NCBI GenBank assembly: GCA_963422735.1
Contig: OY730476.1
Span: forward strand, 3,648,001-3,712,000
Length of the DNA stretch: 64,000 nucleotides
Source: Candidatus Latescibacterota bacterium
GTDB taxonomy: Bacteria > Latescibacterota > UBA2968 > UBA8231
Reading direction: 5' to 3'
Shown: positions 19,781-28,044 of the stretch, one piece after another
How the letters are laid out: each line of letters begins with the position of its first letter
How positions within the stretch are numbered: the first letter of the stretch is position 1
The notes under the pieces: generated by a model
Told to the model about the DNA's origin: nothing
Seen by the model: the letters and a program-made list of their open reading frames with translations, nothing else
The model's database searches: none
Position numbers and translations under genes: made by a program

Positions 19781-19867
19781 CCACGCATGGCCCGGTTCTT
19801 TTTTTCGCCTCTCTTTCCGTCGTTCAAATGGGCGACGCAAGATGGCGGTCTCCAAAGGATATTTTTT

Positions 19868-20872
19868 ATGAGGTTTGCAGGTTGGCTGGCGGTGCTCGTC
19901 GCCATTGCCGGATGGGGATGTCAGAGTTCGACCATGACGGCGGCCAAGCTCTATATCAAGCAAGAGCAGCCCCAAAAAGCCAAAAAACAACTCGCCCTAG
20001 TTTTACAGACCGAGCCAGAGAATTGCGAGGCCCACTTGCTCATGGGCGAGCTCTTGGGGGCCGAGGGCCGCTATGGCGAAATGGCCGCTCACTTGGCGCA
20101 CGCCGAGAGCAACCCCAAGTTTCAGAGCGAGGTTGAACAAACTCGCCGCCGCTTTTGGACGCGCGAGTACAATGCCGGCGTCGCCCATGCCCAAGGCGAG
20201 GTGCCAAATTACGTCATGGCGCGGCACTCGTTTCACAACGCTACTCTCATCGACGAGAGTGCGCTCGACGCTTGGCGCAACCTCGCGTACGTCTATTATC
20301 AGATCGACAGCACGGATGCGGCCATTGCCACCTACCAGAAAATTGCGTCTGCGGATCCAGAAGATGAGCGCACCTTTTTCGGCCTAGGGTCGCTCTACTT
20401 GGAAAATGGCCACCTCGATGAAGCCATCCGCGCCTTGTCGCAGGCGGTCAAAATTAATCCCACCAACCTCAATGGCCTGACCAATCTCGCCATTGCCCAA
20501 GCCCAAGCCGAGGACTACGAGAGTGCCGAGGCCAATTATCGCAAAGTCATTGAGCTGAACCCCGATGATTTCAGGCCCTACTTCAACTTGGGCAACCTCT
20601 ACTGGCAGCAAGAAAAATACACTGCGGCTCAGCGGACCTATGAGCAGGCCCTACAGCTCGAACCCGATGACGGAGACATGCTCTACAACCTCGCCATGGT
20701 CCACTTGGCCACAGATGACATGGACGGCGCGTTGCCGCTCTTGGAACAGCTCGCCGAACAAATGCCAGACAATGCATTAGTGTGGATGCACTTGGGGACG
20801 GTTTACGCCCATAAGGAGTTGTTGGAGGAGAGCAAGGCGGCGTTTGCGCGGGCCGCGGAACTAGAGGAGTAA
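19868..20872 (+). CDS. Tetratricopeptide-repeat lipoprotein
   Basis: Lipobox-like AGWG-C; multiple TPRs (AWRNLAYVY, YFNLGNLY, LYNLAMVH). Confidence 0.85.
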   Translation: MRFAGWLAVLVAIAGWGCQSSTMTAAKLYIKQEQPQKAKKQLALVLQTEPENCEAHLLMGELLGAEGRYGEMAAHLAHAESNPKFQSEVEQTRRRFWTREYNAGVAHAQGEVPNYVMARHSFHNATLIDESALDAWRNLAYVYYQIDSTDAAIATYQKIASADPEDERTFFGLGSLYLENGHLDEAIRALSQAVKINPTNLNGLTNLAIAQAQAEDYESAEANYRKVIELNPDDFRPYFNLGNLYWQQEKYTAAQRTYEQALQLEPDDGDMLYNLAMVHLATDDMDGALPLLEQLAEQMPDNALVWMHLGTVYAHKELLEESKAAFARAAELEE

Positions 20873-20898
20873 AGCGAGCACCCGCGCTGTAATCCACT

Positions 20899-22194
20899 AT
20901 GCTGCAGTACACCATCCAGCGCATTCTGCTCGCCATCCCGACCCTCCTCGGCATCACCCTACTGACCTTCCTAATTATGCGTTTGGCACCCGGTGATCCG
21001 GTCGATCTCTTCTTGGGCGGGGAGGCCGAAGGCGAGGGGATCTCCACCGACCGCCAGACGGACATGGAGAAGACTCGCCGGGATTTGCGCCGCCAACTCG
21101 GGCTGGATCAACCTCTACACATCCAGTATTTGCACTGGCTTTCCAACTTGGTCTTGCGCGTGGAGGACCTAGGCGCATTCGAGCGCGGGGCCTTGTTGGC
21201 CGACGCCGTGCTCGACGAATTGCCAGACGCGGCGCGGGCCGAATTGGCCGCGCTTGAGGGCGCAGAGCGCAAGGAGCGCTTCTTGGAGCACTTTCGCCGC
21301 CTGCGCCCCGAGCGCGTCAACGCGCTCGTCGAGTCGCCTTTCTGGCAAAGCCGCCTTTTTTCGCCAGCCAAAAACTACGCTTATGCCGGGTCTGGCTTGG
21401 AGTTGGTGCAGGTAGGTAACTGGCGTTTGGTGACGCTGAATCTGGGGCGCTCCTTCAAAGATCAGGAACCGGTCATTGACCACATCCTCGACCGGCTGCC
21501 CATCACGCTGGAAATCAACCTCATCAGCCTAGTCTTTGCCTATCTAGTCGGCGTACCGCTGGGTATAGTGATCGCGGTCAAGCAAAATACCGCTACCGAC
21601 CGCTTGGTTACCACCGGGACCTTCATGCTGTGGTCGATGCCGTCGTTTTGGACCGGTATGCTGTTGATCTTGTTCTTCTGCAACAAGGAGTTCTTTCACT
21701 GGTTTCCAGCCTCCGGCATCCAATCCTTGGACGCTGGTGAAGACTGGGGATTTTGGCGGCTGCTGACCGACCACGCCCACCACATGGTCTTGCCGGTATT
21801 GGCTTCGACCTACGCCAGCTTCGCCGGCATCTCGCGCTATATGCGCACCAGCATGTTGGAGAATTTGCGGCAGGACTACGTGCGCACAGCCCAAGCCAAG
21901 GGCTTGCGCTACCGAGTCGTGGTGCTGCGCCACGTGCTGCGCAACTCCCTGATTCCCATTGTGACGCTGCTGGCGGGGCTTTTGCCGGGGATGATCGCGG
22001 GTTCGGTGTTTATCGAGACGATTTTTACCATTCCGGGCATGGGCTTTTTGGCTTTCCAGTCGGTCATCGTGCGCGACTATCCCATGGCCATGGCGCTCTT
22101 CACCATTGGCTCGGCCCTGTCGCTAGTGGGGATTTTGGTGGCGGATATTTTGCTCAAGGTCGTGGACCCGCGCATCGACTTCGCGAGTGTGTAG
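20899..22194 (+). CDS. oppB: Peptide ABC transporter permease (OppB/DppB) with periplasmic insertion
   Basis: YTIQRILLAIPTL, LAPGDP, LGLDQPL, EAA loop DYVRTAQAKGL, HVLRNSLIP, IETIFTIPGMG, VDPRI. Confidence 0.92.
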   Translation: MLQYTIQRILLAIPTLLGITLLTFLIMRLAPGDPVDLFLGGEAEGEGISTDRQTDMEKTRRDLRRQLGLDQPLHIQYLHWLSNLVLRVEDLGAFERGALLADAVLDELPDAARAELAALEGAERKERFLEHFRRLRPERVNALVESPFWQSRLFSPAKNYAYAGSGLELVQVGNWRLVTLNLGRSFKDQEPVIDHILDRLPITLEINLISLVFAYLVGVPLGIVIAVKQNTATDRLVTTGTFMLWSMPSFWTGMLLILFFCNKEFFHWFPASGIQSLDAGEDWGFWRLLTDHAHHMVLPVLASTYASFAGISRYMRTSMLENLRQDYVRTAQAKGLRYRVVVLRHVLRNSLIPIVTLLAGLLPGMIAGSVFIETIFTIPGMGFLAFQSVIVRDYPMAMALFTIGSALSLVGILVADILLKVVDPRIDFASV

Positions 22195-23241
22195 ATGAGC
22201 GCGGAGGCCGTTGCACAAGGGCAGTCCTACGGGCGGGTCGTCTGGAAGCAGTTCAAAAAAAACAGACCCGCTCTGCTCAGTCTCTTGGGCATCATCTTGC
22301 TGGGGATTGTGGCTTTAGTCGCCGACTTGCTGGCCGGCGACAAGCCGTACTACATGAAGTACAAGGGCGAGACCTACTTTCCGGCCTTCCGCCAATACGC
22401 AGTCTATCTGGGGGTAGTAGATTGGCCGGCGGAATTGAAGCGCCGCCGCAACTTCAAAAAGCTCGAGCTAGAGGAGGCTATCTTCCCGCCGGTGCCGTAT
22501 GCCCCGGGCGAAATTCGCTTGCGGGAGAAGTACCAGCCCCCGCAAGCCGAGCACTGGCTGGGCACGGACCGCTTGGGCCGCGACGTGCTCTCGGGGCTGA
22601 TTCACGGCACGCGCTACGCCTTGACCATCGGCCTAGTGGCCGTGGGCATATCGCTGGCCATCGGTTTGGTCTTAGGGGCGTTGGCCGGCTACTTCGGAGG
22701 CTGGATCGACTTGGCACTCTCTCGCCTTTTCGAGCTGTGGGCCGCAATCCCCAGCTTCTTCCTGATCCTGACGGTCGCGGCGTTTTTCCCGCCGAGTTTG
22801 TTCTTCGTCATGGTCATTATTGGCCTTACGAGTTGGGTCGGTATCGCCCGCTTAACGCGCTCGCAGTTTTTGCAGGTGCGCAGCTACGACTATGTGGTCG
22901 CCGCCCGCAGCCTCGGGTACTCAAACAGGCGGATCATGTTCCGCCACATCCTGCCCAACGCCGTCGGCCCGATCCTGATCCCGGCGGCCTTCGGGGTAGC
23001 AGGGGCCATTCTCTCCGAGTCGGGACTGAGCTTTTTAGGGGTGGGGGTGCCGGCAGAAGTGATCACGTGGGGTGCCCTGCTGGCTGGGGCGCGTAGCAAT
23101 GCGGCGGCGTGGTGGCTGGTGGTCGTGCCGGGCTTGGCCATTTTTGCGACCGTGACCCTGTACAACCTGCTAGGCGATGGGTTGCGCGACGCGCTAGACC
23201 CGAAGCTACGCGGCGGCTCAGGTGCCGAGGAAAGCGGGTAG
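22195..23241 (+). CDS. oppC: Peptide ABC transporter permease (OppC/DppC)
   Basis: HWLGTDRLGRDV, AGYFGG, DYVVAARSLG, HILPNA, SFLGVG, NLLGDGLRDALDPK. Confidence 0.93.
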   Translation: MSAEAVAQGQSYGRVVWKQFKKNRPALLSLLGIILLGIVALVADLLAGDKPYYMKYKGETYFPAFRQYAVYLGVVDWPAELKRRRNFKKLELEEAIFPPVPYAPGEIRLREKYQPPQAEHWLGTDRLGRDVLSGLIHGTRYALTIGLVAVGISLAIGLVLGALAGYFGGWIDLALSRLFELWAAIPSFFLILTVAAFFPPSLFFVMVIIGLTSWVGIARLTRSQFLQVRSYDYVVAARSLGYSNRRIMFRHILPNAVGPILIPAAFGVAGAILSESGLSFLGVGVPAEVITWGALLAGARSNAAAWWLVVVPGLAIFATVTLYNLLGDGLRDALDPKLRGGSGAEESG

Positions 23242-24489
23242 AGACTCGTTGGCTACGATCTGGTCGAGGGTCTGTCGCTGTCGCAGCAGATGGAGCTCGC
23301 CATCTTCGCCGAGCAGCACCTCGCATGCTTCCGGGAAGGAATTGTAGTTTTTGGCTGCCATGCCAGCGCAATAGGCCCCGCTGCCGCCGATAAAGACCAC
23401 GTCGCCGATGCGCGGCTCGGTGAGCAAACGAGGCGCCGGCTCTTCGGGGTTGCCGGATGCTGGCGTGAGGATATCTCCGCTTTCACAGCAATGGCCGGCG
23501 ATGAGGTACTCGCCTTGGCCGCGCTCCTCTGGTGTGGCCGGAACCACGACGATGGGGTGTTGCGCCCCGTACAAGCTGGGGCGCAGCACTTCGGTCATGC
23601 CGCTATCGACCTTGATAAAGGAATAGCCCTGCCGGCCGGTATCGACTACATCGACGACGCTACAGACGATGGCACCGGCGTTGCCCACCAAGAAGGTCCC
23701 AGGTTCGATTTCCAGATGCAGTTTGCGGCCGTGCTCGTGGGCGAAGCGGTCGAATTCGTCGGCGACAGGTTGGCCAGCTTCGCGCAAGTCGGTCGATACT
23801 TCGCCGGCCATGCGCCCAATCTTGAAACCGCCGCCCATGCTCACGCGCCGGACCTCGGGCAGCTTAGCGGCCACATCCAGCGTTAGCCGGGCGCAGTGCT
23901 GCCAGACTTCCGGGTCGCTGCCCGAGCCGATATGGCTGTGCAAGCCGGTGATGTGCAGGCTATGGACAGCGGCCGTTGCCAGCACTTGGTAGAGGCGTTC
24001 GTGCCAGATACCGAAGCTCGCCGAAGGGCCACCCGTATTGGTGCGGTTGCTGTGTCCTGAGCCTAAGCCTGGGTTGATGCGCACGGAGACTTCATGGCCT
24101 AGAAAGAGCCGGCCGTAGGTTTCAAGTTGATGCAGGGAACAGGCGTTGAAGAGGACGCCTTGACGCACTAGGGCTTCTAAATTGTCGGGTAGTTGTTGGG
24201 CCGTGAGCTGAATCTGGGCCGCGGGGACGCCAGCGCACATGGCCCGCAGTGCTTCGTAGCCACTGCTAGCGTCGATGTGCAGGCCAGCGCGGTTGAGAAT
24301 GCGGATCACACCGGCGGCCGGACAGGCTTTCATCGCGTAGCGAACCGTCAGGCCGTGTGCATTGGGGAAGGCCAGTGCCTTTTGGGCTTGGGATTCCAAC
24401 GTCTTTTGATCATAGACAAAAGTGGGCGTCCCAAACTGGAGTTGGACGGCGCGAACTTGGTCATCAGACAGGAGTGAAAGCCGTTCCAT
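23218..24489 (-). CDS. lysA: Diaminopimelate decarboxylase
   Basis: FGTPTFVYD, YAMKA (PLP Lys), HSHIGS, GGGF, EPGTFLV, RPSLYGAQH, CCESGD, GAYC...NYNS. Confidence 0.93.
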   Translation of the reverse strand: MERLSLLSDDQVRAVQLQFGTPTFVYDQKTLESQAQKALAFPNAHGLTVRYAMKACPAAGVIRILNRAGLHIDASSGYEALRAMCAGVPAAQIQLTAQQLPDNLEALVRQGVLFNACSLHQLETYGRLFLGHEVSVRINPGLGSGHSNRTNTGGPSASFGIWHERLYQVLATAAVHSLHITGLHSHIGSGSDPEVWQHCARLTLDVAAKLPEVRRVSMGGGFKIGRMAGEVSTDLREAGQPVADEFDRFAHEHGRKLHLEIEPGTFLVGNAGAIVCSVVDVVDTGRQGYSFIKVDSGMTEVLRPSLYGAQHPIVVVPATPEERGQGEYLIAGHCCESGDILTPASGNPEEPAPRLLTEPRIGDVVFIGGSGAYCAGMAAKNYNSFPEACEVLLGEDGELHLLRQRQTLDQIVANESLPAFLGT

Positions 24490-24503
24490 TAAATGACCCT
24501 AAC

Positions 24504-24532
24504 TTGATATTTTTCAATAGAATCCATAGGTT
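24504..24532 (+). promoter_or_regulatory. Putative sigma70 promoter for the carbamoyltransferase gene
   Basis: TTGATA-N17-TAGGTT in an AT-rich intergenic region. Confidence 0.45.
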
Positions 24533-24546
24533 ATGAACAACTTTTC

Positions 24547-24575
24547 AGTATCGCTGCTATATCCCATTTTGTCAA
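24547..24575 (-). promoter_or_regulatory. Putative sigma70 promoter for lysA
   Basis: Minus strand reads TTGACA-N17-GATACT. Confidence 0.6.
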
Positions 24576-24582
24576 GCTCCTT

Positions 24583-26406
24583 ATGGCCACCTACATCCTC
24601 GGCATTTCCGCGTTCTACCACGATAGCGCAGCCTGTTTGGTGTGCGACGGAGAAATCGTCGCCGCTGCTCAGGAGGAGCGATTCACGCGCGTTAAACACG
24701 ATCCAGAGTTTCCCGTTCGCGCCGTTGACTACTGTCTGCGGGAAGGCGGTATTGAGGCCAAAGATCTGCACTGCGTGGGGTTTTACGACAAACCCCTGCT
24801 GACCTTTGAACGCCTGCTAGAGAGTCATCTCGGCACTGCGCCGTTGGGTCTTCGCCTTTACTGGAAGAGCATGAAGGTATGGCTGGAAAAAAAACTTTGG
24901 ATCCCACAGTTAATCCAAGAGCAGCTAGGCTGCGATGTACCGGTGCTGTTCGGCGATCATCACGAGTCGCACGCTGCGTCGGCCTTCTATCCGTCTCCGT
25001 ATCGAGAAGCGGCGATAGTGACCTTGGACGGGGTCGGCGAATGGACCACTACCAGCTATGGCTACGGCCGGGATGCCGAAATTCACACGCTGGCCGACAT
25101 CAAGTTTCCCCACTCGCTGGGTCTGTTCTATTCGGCCTTTACTTATTTTGCGGGCTTCAAGGTCAACTCCGGCGAATACAAGCTGATGGGGCTAGCCCCT
25201 TATGGCGGTCCAAAATACGTCGATCTAATGCTCGATGAGATAATCGACCTGAAGGACGACGGCTCTTTCAAGCTCAACACTCGTTATTTCAACTACCTAT
25301 CCGGCTTGACGATGACTAGCCGGGCCATGAACAAGCTCTTCGGGGGGACGCCGCGGCGGCCAGAGACACCGCTGACTCAGCGAGAGATGGATATTGCACG
25401 CTCCTGTCAGGTCGTCACCGAGGAAGTCATGTTACGCATTGCCCGTACGGTGCATCGAGAAACTAAGCTCAAGAACTTGTGCATGGCCGGTGGCGTGGCA
25501 CTCAATTGCGTTGGCAACGGCCGCATCTTGCGCGAGAGTCCCTTTGAAAACATCTGGATTCAACCGGCTGCCGGCGATGCCGGTGGGGCCTTAGGCGTCG
25601 CGCTGGTGCTGTGGTATCACCACTTGGGCCACGAGCGAGTGGCAGATGGCGAAAACGATGCGATGCGGGCGTCGCTGTTAGGACCTGAGTACGGGGACGA
25701 CGAAATCTATCAGTGGATTGAGAACCAGGCCGGGGTGGCGCAAAAGCTTGCCGAGGACGAGTTGCCAGTGCGCGTGGCCGAGCTTTTGGCAGCGGGCAAG
25801 GTCGTCGGATTTTTCCAGGGGCGGATGGAATTTGGGCCACGTGCGCTCGGTGCCCGGTCAATTCTCGGCGACCCGCGCTCAATCCAGATGCAGTCGGTGA
25901 TGAACCGCAAGATCAAGTTTCGCGAGAGCTTCCGCCCCTTTGCTCCGACAATCCTGCGCGAATGCGTACACGAGTTCTTTGAGTTGGATGCCGACTCGCC
26001 CTACATGTTGCAAGTGGCTCCGATTAAGGCGGAACGGCAGATCCCCATGAGCGAGGGCCAAAAGCGGTTGTTCGGCATCGACAAGCTAAACGTGCCACGC
26101 TCGGATATTCCGGCCGTCACCCACGTCGATTACTCGGCGCGGGTGCAGACGCTGCGCCGGCAAGATCACCCTCGCTACTACGACGTGATTCGCGCCTTTC
26201 AGAGCCTGACCGGATATCCTGTGGTTGTCAACACGTCCTTCAACGTGCGCGGTGAACCCATCGTCCAAAGCCCAGAAGATGCCTATCGCTGCTTCATGCG
26301 GACCGAGATGGATTTCTTGGTCATAGGCTCTTATATCTTAGACAAGAAAGACCAGCCGCAGTGGCGGGAAGAACTGGATTGGCAAGAGGAGTTCGAGCTT
26401 GACTGA
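24583..26406 (+). CDS. NodU/CmcH-family O-carbamoyltransferase
   Basis: ILGISAFYHDSAA, AAAQEERFTR, HHESHAASAF, DGVGEW, GEYKLMGLAPYG, EFGPRALG, KFRESFRPFAP, NTSFNVRGEPIV. Confidence 0.95.
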   Translation: MATYILGISAFYHDSAACLVCDGEIVAAAQEERFTRVKHDPEFPVRAVDYCLREGGIEAKDLHCVGFYDKPLLTFERLLESHLGTAPLGLRLYWKSMKVWLEKKLWIPQLIQEQLGCDVPVLFGDHHESHAASAFYPSPYREAAIVTLDGVGEWTTTSYGYGRDAEIHTLADIKFPHSLGLFYSAFTYFAGFKVNSGEYKLMGLAPYGGPKYVDLMLDEIIDLKDDGSFKLNTRYFNYLSGLTMTSRAMNKLFGGTPRRPETPLTQREMDIARSCQVVTEEVMLRIARTVHRETKLKNLCMAGGVALNCVGNGRILRESPFENIWIQPAAGDAGGALGVALVLWYHHLGHERVADGENDAMRASLLGPEYGDDEIYQWIENQAGVAQKLAEDELPVRVAELLAAGKVVGFFQGRMEFGPRALGARSILGDPRSIQMQSVMNRKIKFRESFRPFAPTILRECVHEFFELDADSPYMLQVAPIKAERQIPMSEGQKRLFGIDKLNVPRSDIPAVTHVDYSARVQTLRRQDHPRYYDVIRAFQSLTGYPVVVNTSFNVRGEPIVQSPEDAYRCFMRTEMDFLVIGSYILDKKDQPQWREELDWQEEFELD

Positions 26407-26824
26407 GGCCAAGAGCTACTGGGGGGTTGCGGTTCCCAATCGCGGCGATTTGCGCCGATTCGGACTCGTGCTGGCGGCGTTGCTGGCATTGCTAGGCGGC
26501 TATCTGTGGTACGTGGAAGCTATAGGCTTCGCTCAGCTTGCACACGCGGCCTCGCTGGTGTTGCTCGGGGCCGGATTGGCGCTGCCCGTTGCGCTGACGC
26601 CGATCTACTTTCCCTATATGTGGCTGGCGAGGATTGTGGCCTTTGTCAATATCCACCTGCTCTTAGGGCTTATTTTCTACACGCTTTTTACGCTGATCGG
26701 CCTTAGCATGCGCCTTTTGGGGCGCGATCCGCTCGATCGCAAAATCACTCCCGATGAGGAAAGTTACTGGCAGCGCCGGGCCTCTTCTCTATTTTCCCGC
26801 GACCATTATCGCAAGCGCTTTTGA
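26399..26824 (+). CDS. SxtJ-family small membrane protein
   Basis: DLRRFGL N-terminus, three TM helices, GRDPL...SYW...Y.KRF C-terminus; overlaps the carbamoyltransferase stop. Confidence 0.8.
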   Translation: MTEAKSYWGVAVPNRGDLRRFGLVLAALLALLGGYLWYVEAIGFAQLAHAASLVLLGAGLALPVALTPIYFPYMWLARIVAFVNIHLLLGLIFYTLFTLIGLSMRLLGRDPLDRKITPDEESYWQRRASSLFSRDHYRKRF

Positions 26825-26838
26825 AGCGCGGCTAAGCC

Positions 26839-26867
26839 TTGCCCTTGTTTTGGGCAGCCGTTATATT
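26839..26867 (+). promoter_or_regulatory. Putative sigma70 promoter for the tadA-tRNA-ffs unit
   Basis: TTGCCC-N17-TATATT. Confidence 0.5.
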
Positions 26868-26902
26868 TACACCGCTTTGGAGGCCCCTTAAAACGGCCTC
26901 AA

Positions 26903-27388
26903 ATGGATTCTACGGAAGAAGTTAGCTCATTTGCCGAAGATGGTCGCTGGATGCTCGAGGCTCTGCACGAGGCCAAGCGAGCCGGCCGTCGCGGCGAGGT
27001 GCCCGTCGGGGCTGTCGTCGTCGGGGCCGGGCGGGTTTTGGGCCGGGCCGGCAACGCCATTGAAGCGGCGCAGGATCCCACGGCCCACGCGGAGATGCTG
27101 GCCTTGCGCCAAGCCGCGGCGGCACTGGGGACGCGGCGCCTGTTGGAGACGACGCTCTACGTCACTTTGGAACCTTGTGCCATGTGCGCTGGGGCTGCGG
27201 TTTTGGCCCGGGTGACGAGGCTGGTCTTCGGGGCCGCCGATCCCAAATCCGGTGCTTGCGGCTCGCTGCGCAATGTCGCGGAGGATCCTCGGCTCAATCA
27301 CCGTTGTACGGTCCGCGGTGGGGTGCTAGAGCGAGAATGTGCCGAGTTGCTCAAGGGGTTTTTTGCGGCCCTGCGAGCGGCCAAGTAA
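26903..27388 (+). CDS. tadA: tRNA adenosine(34) deaminase
   Basis: EVPVGAVVV, DPTAHAE, LYVTLEPCAMCAGA, DPKSGA, LNH. Confidence 0.95.
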   Translation: MDSTEEVSSFAEDGRWMLEALHEAKRAGRRGEVPVGAVVVGAGRVLGRAGNAIEAAQDPTAHAEMLALRQAAAALGTRRLLETTLYVTLEPCAMCAGAAVLARVTRLVFGAADPKSGACGSLRNVAEDPRLNHRCTVRGGVLERECAELLKGFFAALRAAK

Positions 27389-27393
27389 ATTGG

Positions 27394-27483
<90 letters not shown>

Positions 27484-27505
27484 TCTAAGGCAATGTGATT
27501 TTTGC

Positions 27506-27596
27506 GGAGAGATGGCCGAGTGGTCGAAGGTGCACGACTGGAAATCGTGTGTAGGGTAACCCCCTACCGAGGGTTCGAATCCCTCTCTCTCCGCCA
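27506..27596 (+). tRNA. tRNA-Ser(GGA)
   Basis: Acceptor GGAGAGA/TCTCTCC and GCCA end; anticodon arm CACGA-CTGGAAA-TCGTG; long variable arm. Confidence 0.96.
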
Positions 27597-27610
27597 TAAT
27601 TGATCCGGAT

Positions 27611-27686
27611 GGGGCAGTAGCTCAGCTGGGAGAGCGCCAGGTTCGCAATCTGGAGGTCGTGGGTTCGATCCCCATCTGCTCCACCA
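27611..27686 (+). tRNA. tRNA-Ala(CGC)
   Basis: Acceptor GGGGCAG/CTGCTCC with G3:U70; anticodon arm CCAGG-TTCGCAA-TCTGG; ACCA end; 76 nt. Confidence 0.95.
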
Positions 27687-27723
27687 TATTTTTCGGATAC
27701 CCGCTGGTAAAATGCAGAATTTT

Positions 27724-27996
27724 AGGTCGTGCTAGATGGGGAGATAGCGGTGCCCTGTACCCGCAATCCGCTATAGCGGGATTGAATTCCCATCCAGAGG
27801 TTTTCGCATCTCTTGTTCGACCAGAGCAAAGTGGCGCTGAAGATCGGATTCTGCGCAATCAAGAGCTTCTGAACCCCGTCAGGACCGGAAGGTAGCAGCG
27901 GTAGGAATGTCTCTTGGTGTGCCGCAGAGCTGTCCGGTTGGAGCCAACTGGCACTGAGCAGACCTGAGGGCGGGGTCGAAGATGGGTGCACGGCCT
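27724..27996 (+). ncRNA. ffs: Large (Alu-domain-containing) bacterial SRP RNA
   Basis: S-domain GTCAGGACCGGAAGGTAGCAGC (27878-99); 5' Alu-like GGGGAGATAGCGGTGCCCTGTACCCGCAATCCGCT; terminal pairing AGGTCGTGC/GCACGGCCT followed by a T-rich tract; tadA-ffs-dnaX synteny. Confidence 0.92.
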
Positions 27997-28044
27997 TTTA
28001 ATTTTTTATTTATCCCTTCATCTTGGCTGTGTCAAGCAACTCAA

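Noticed and set aside
19718-19784. CRISPR array
   Set aside because: These are only 7-mer units in a hairpin, with no repeat-spacer periodicity and no cas genes.
24583-26824. Saxitoxin biosynthesis cluster
   Set aside because: Only sxtI/sxtJ-like genes are present; there are no sxtA, sxtG or other core genes, and these families are widespread.
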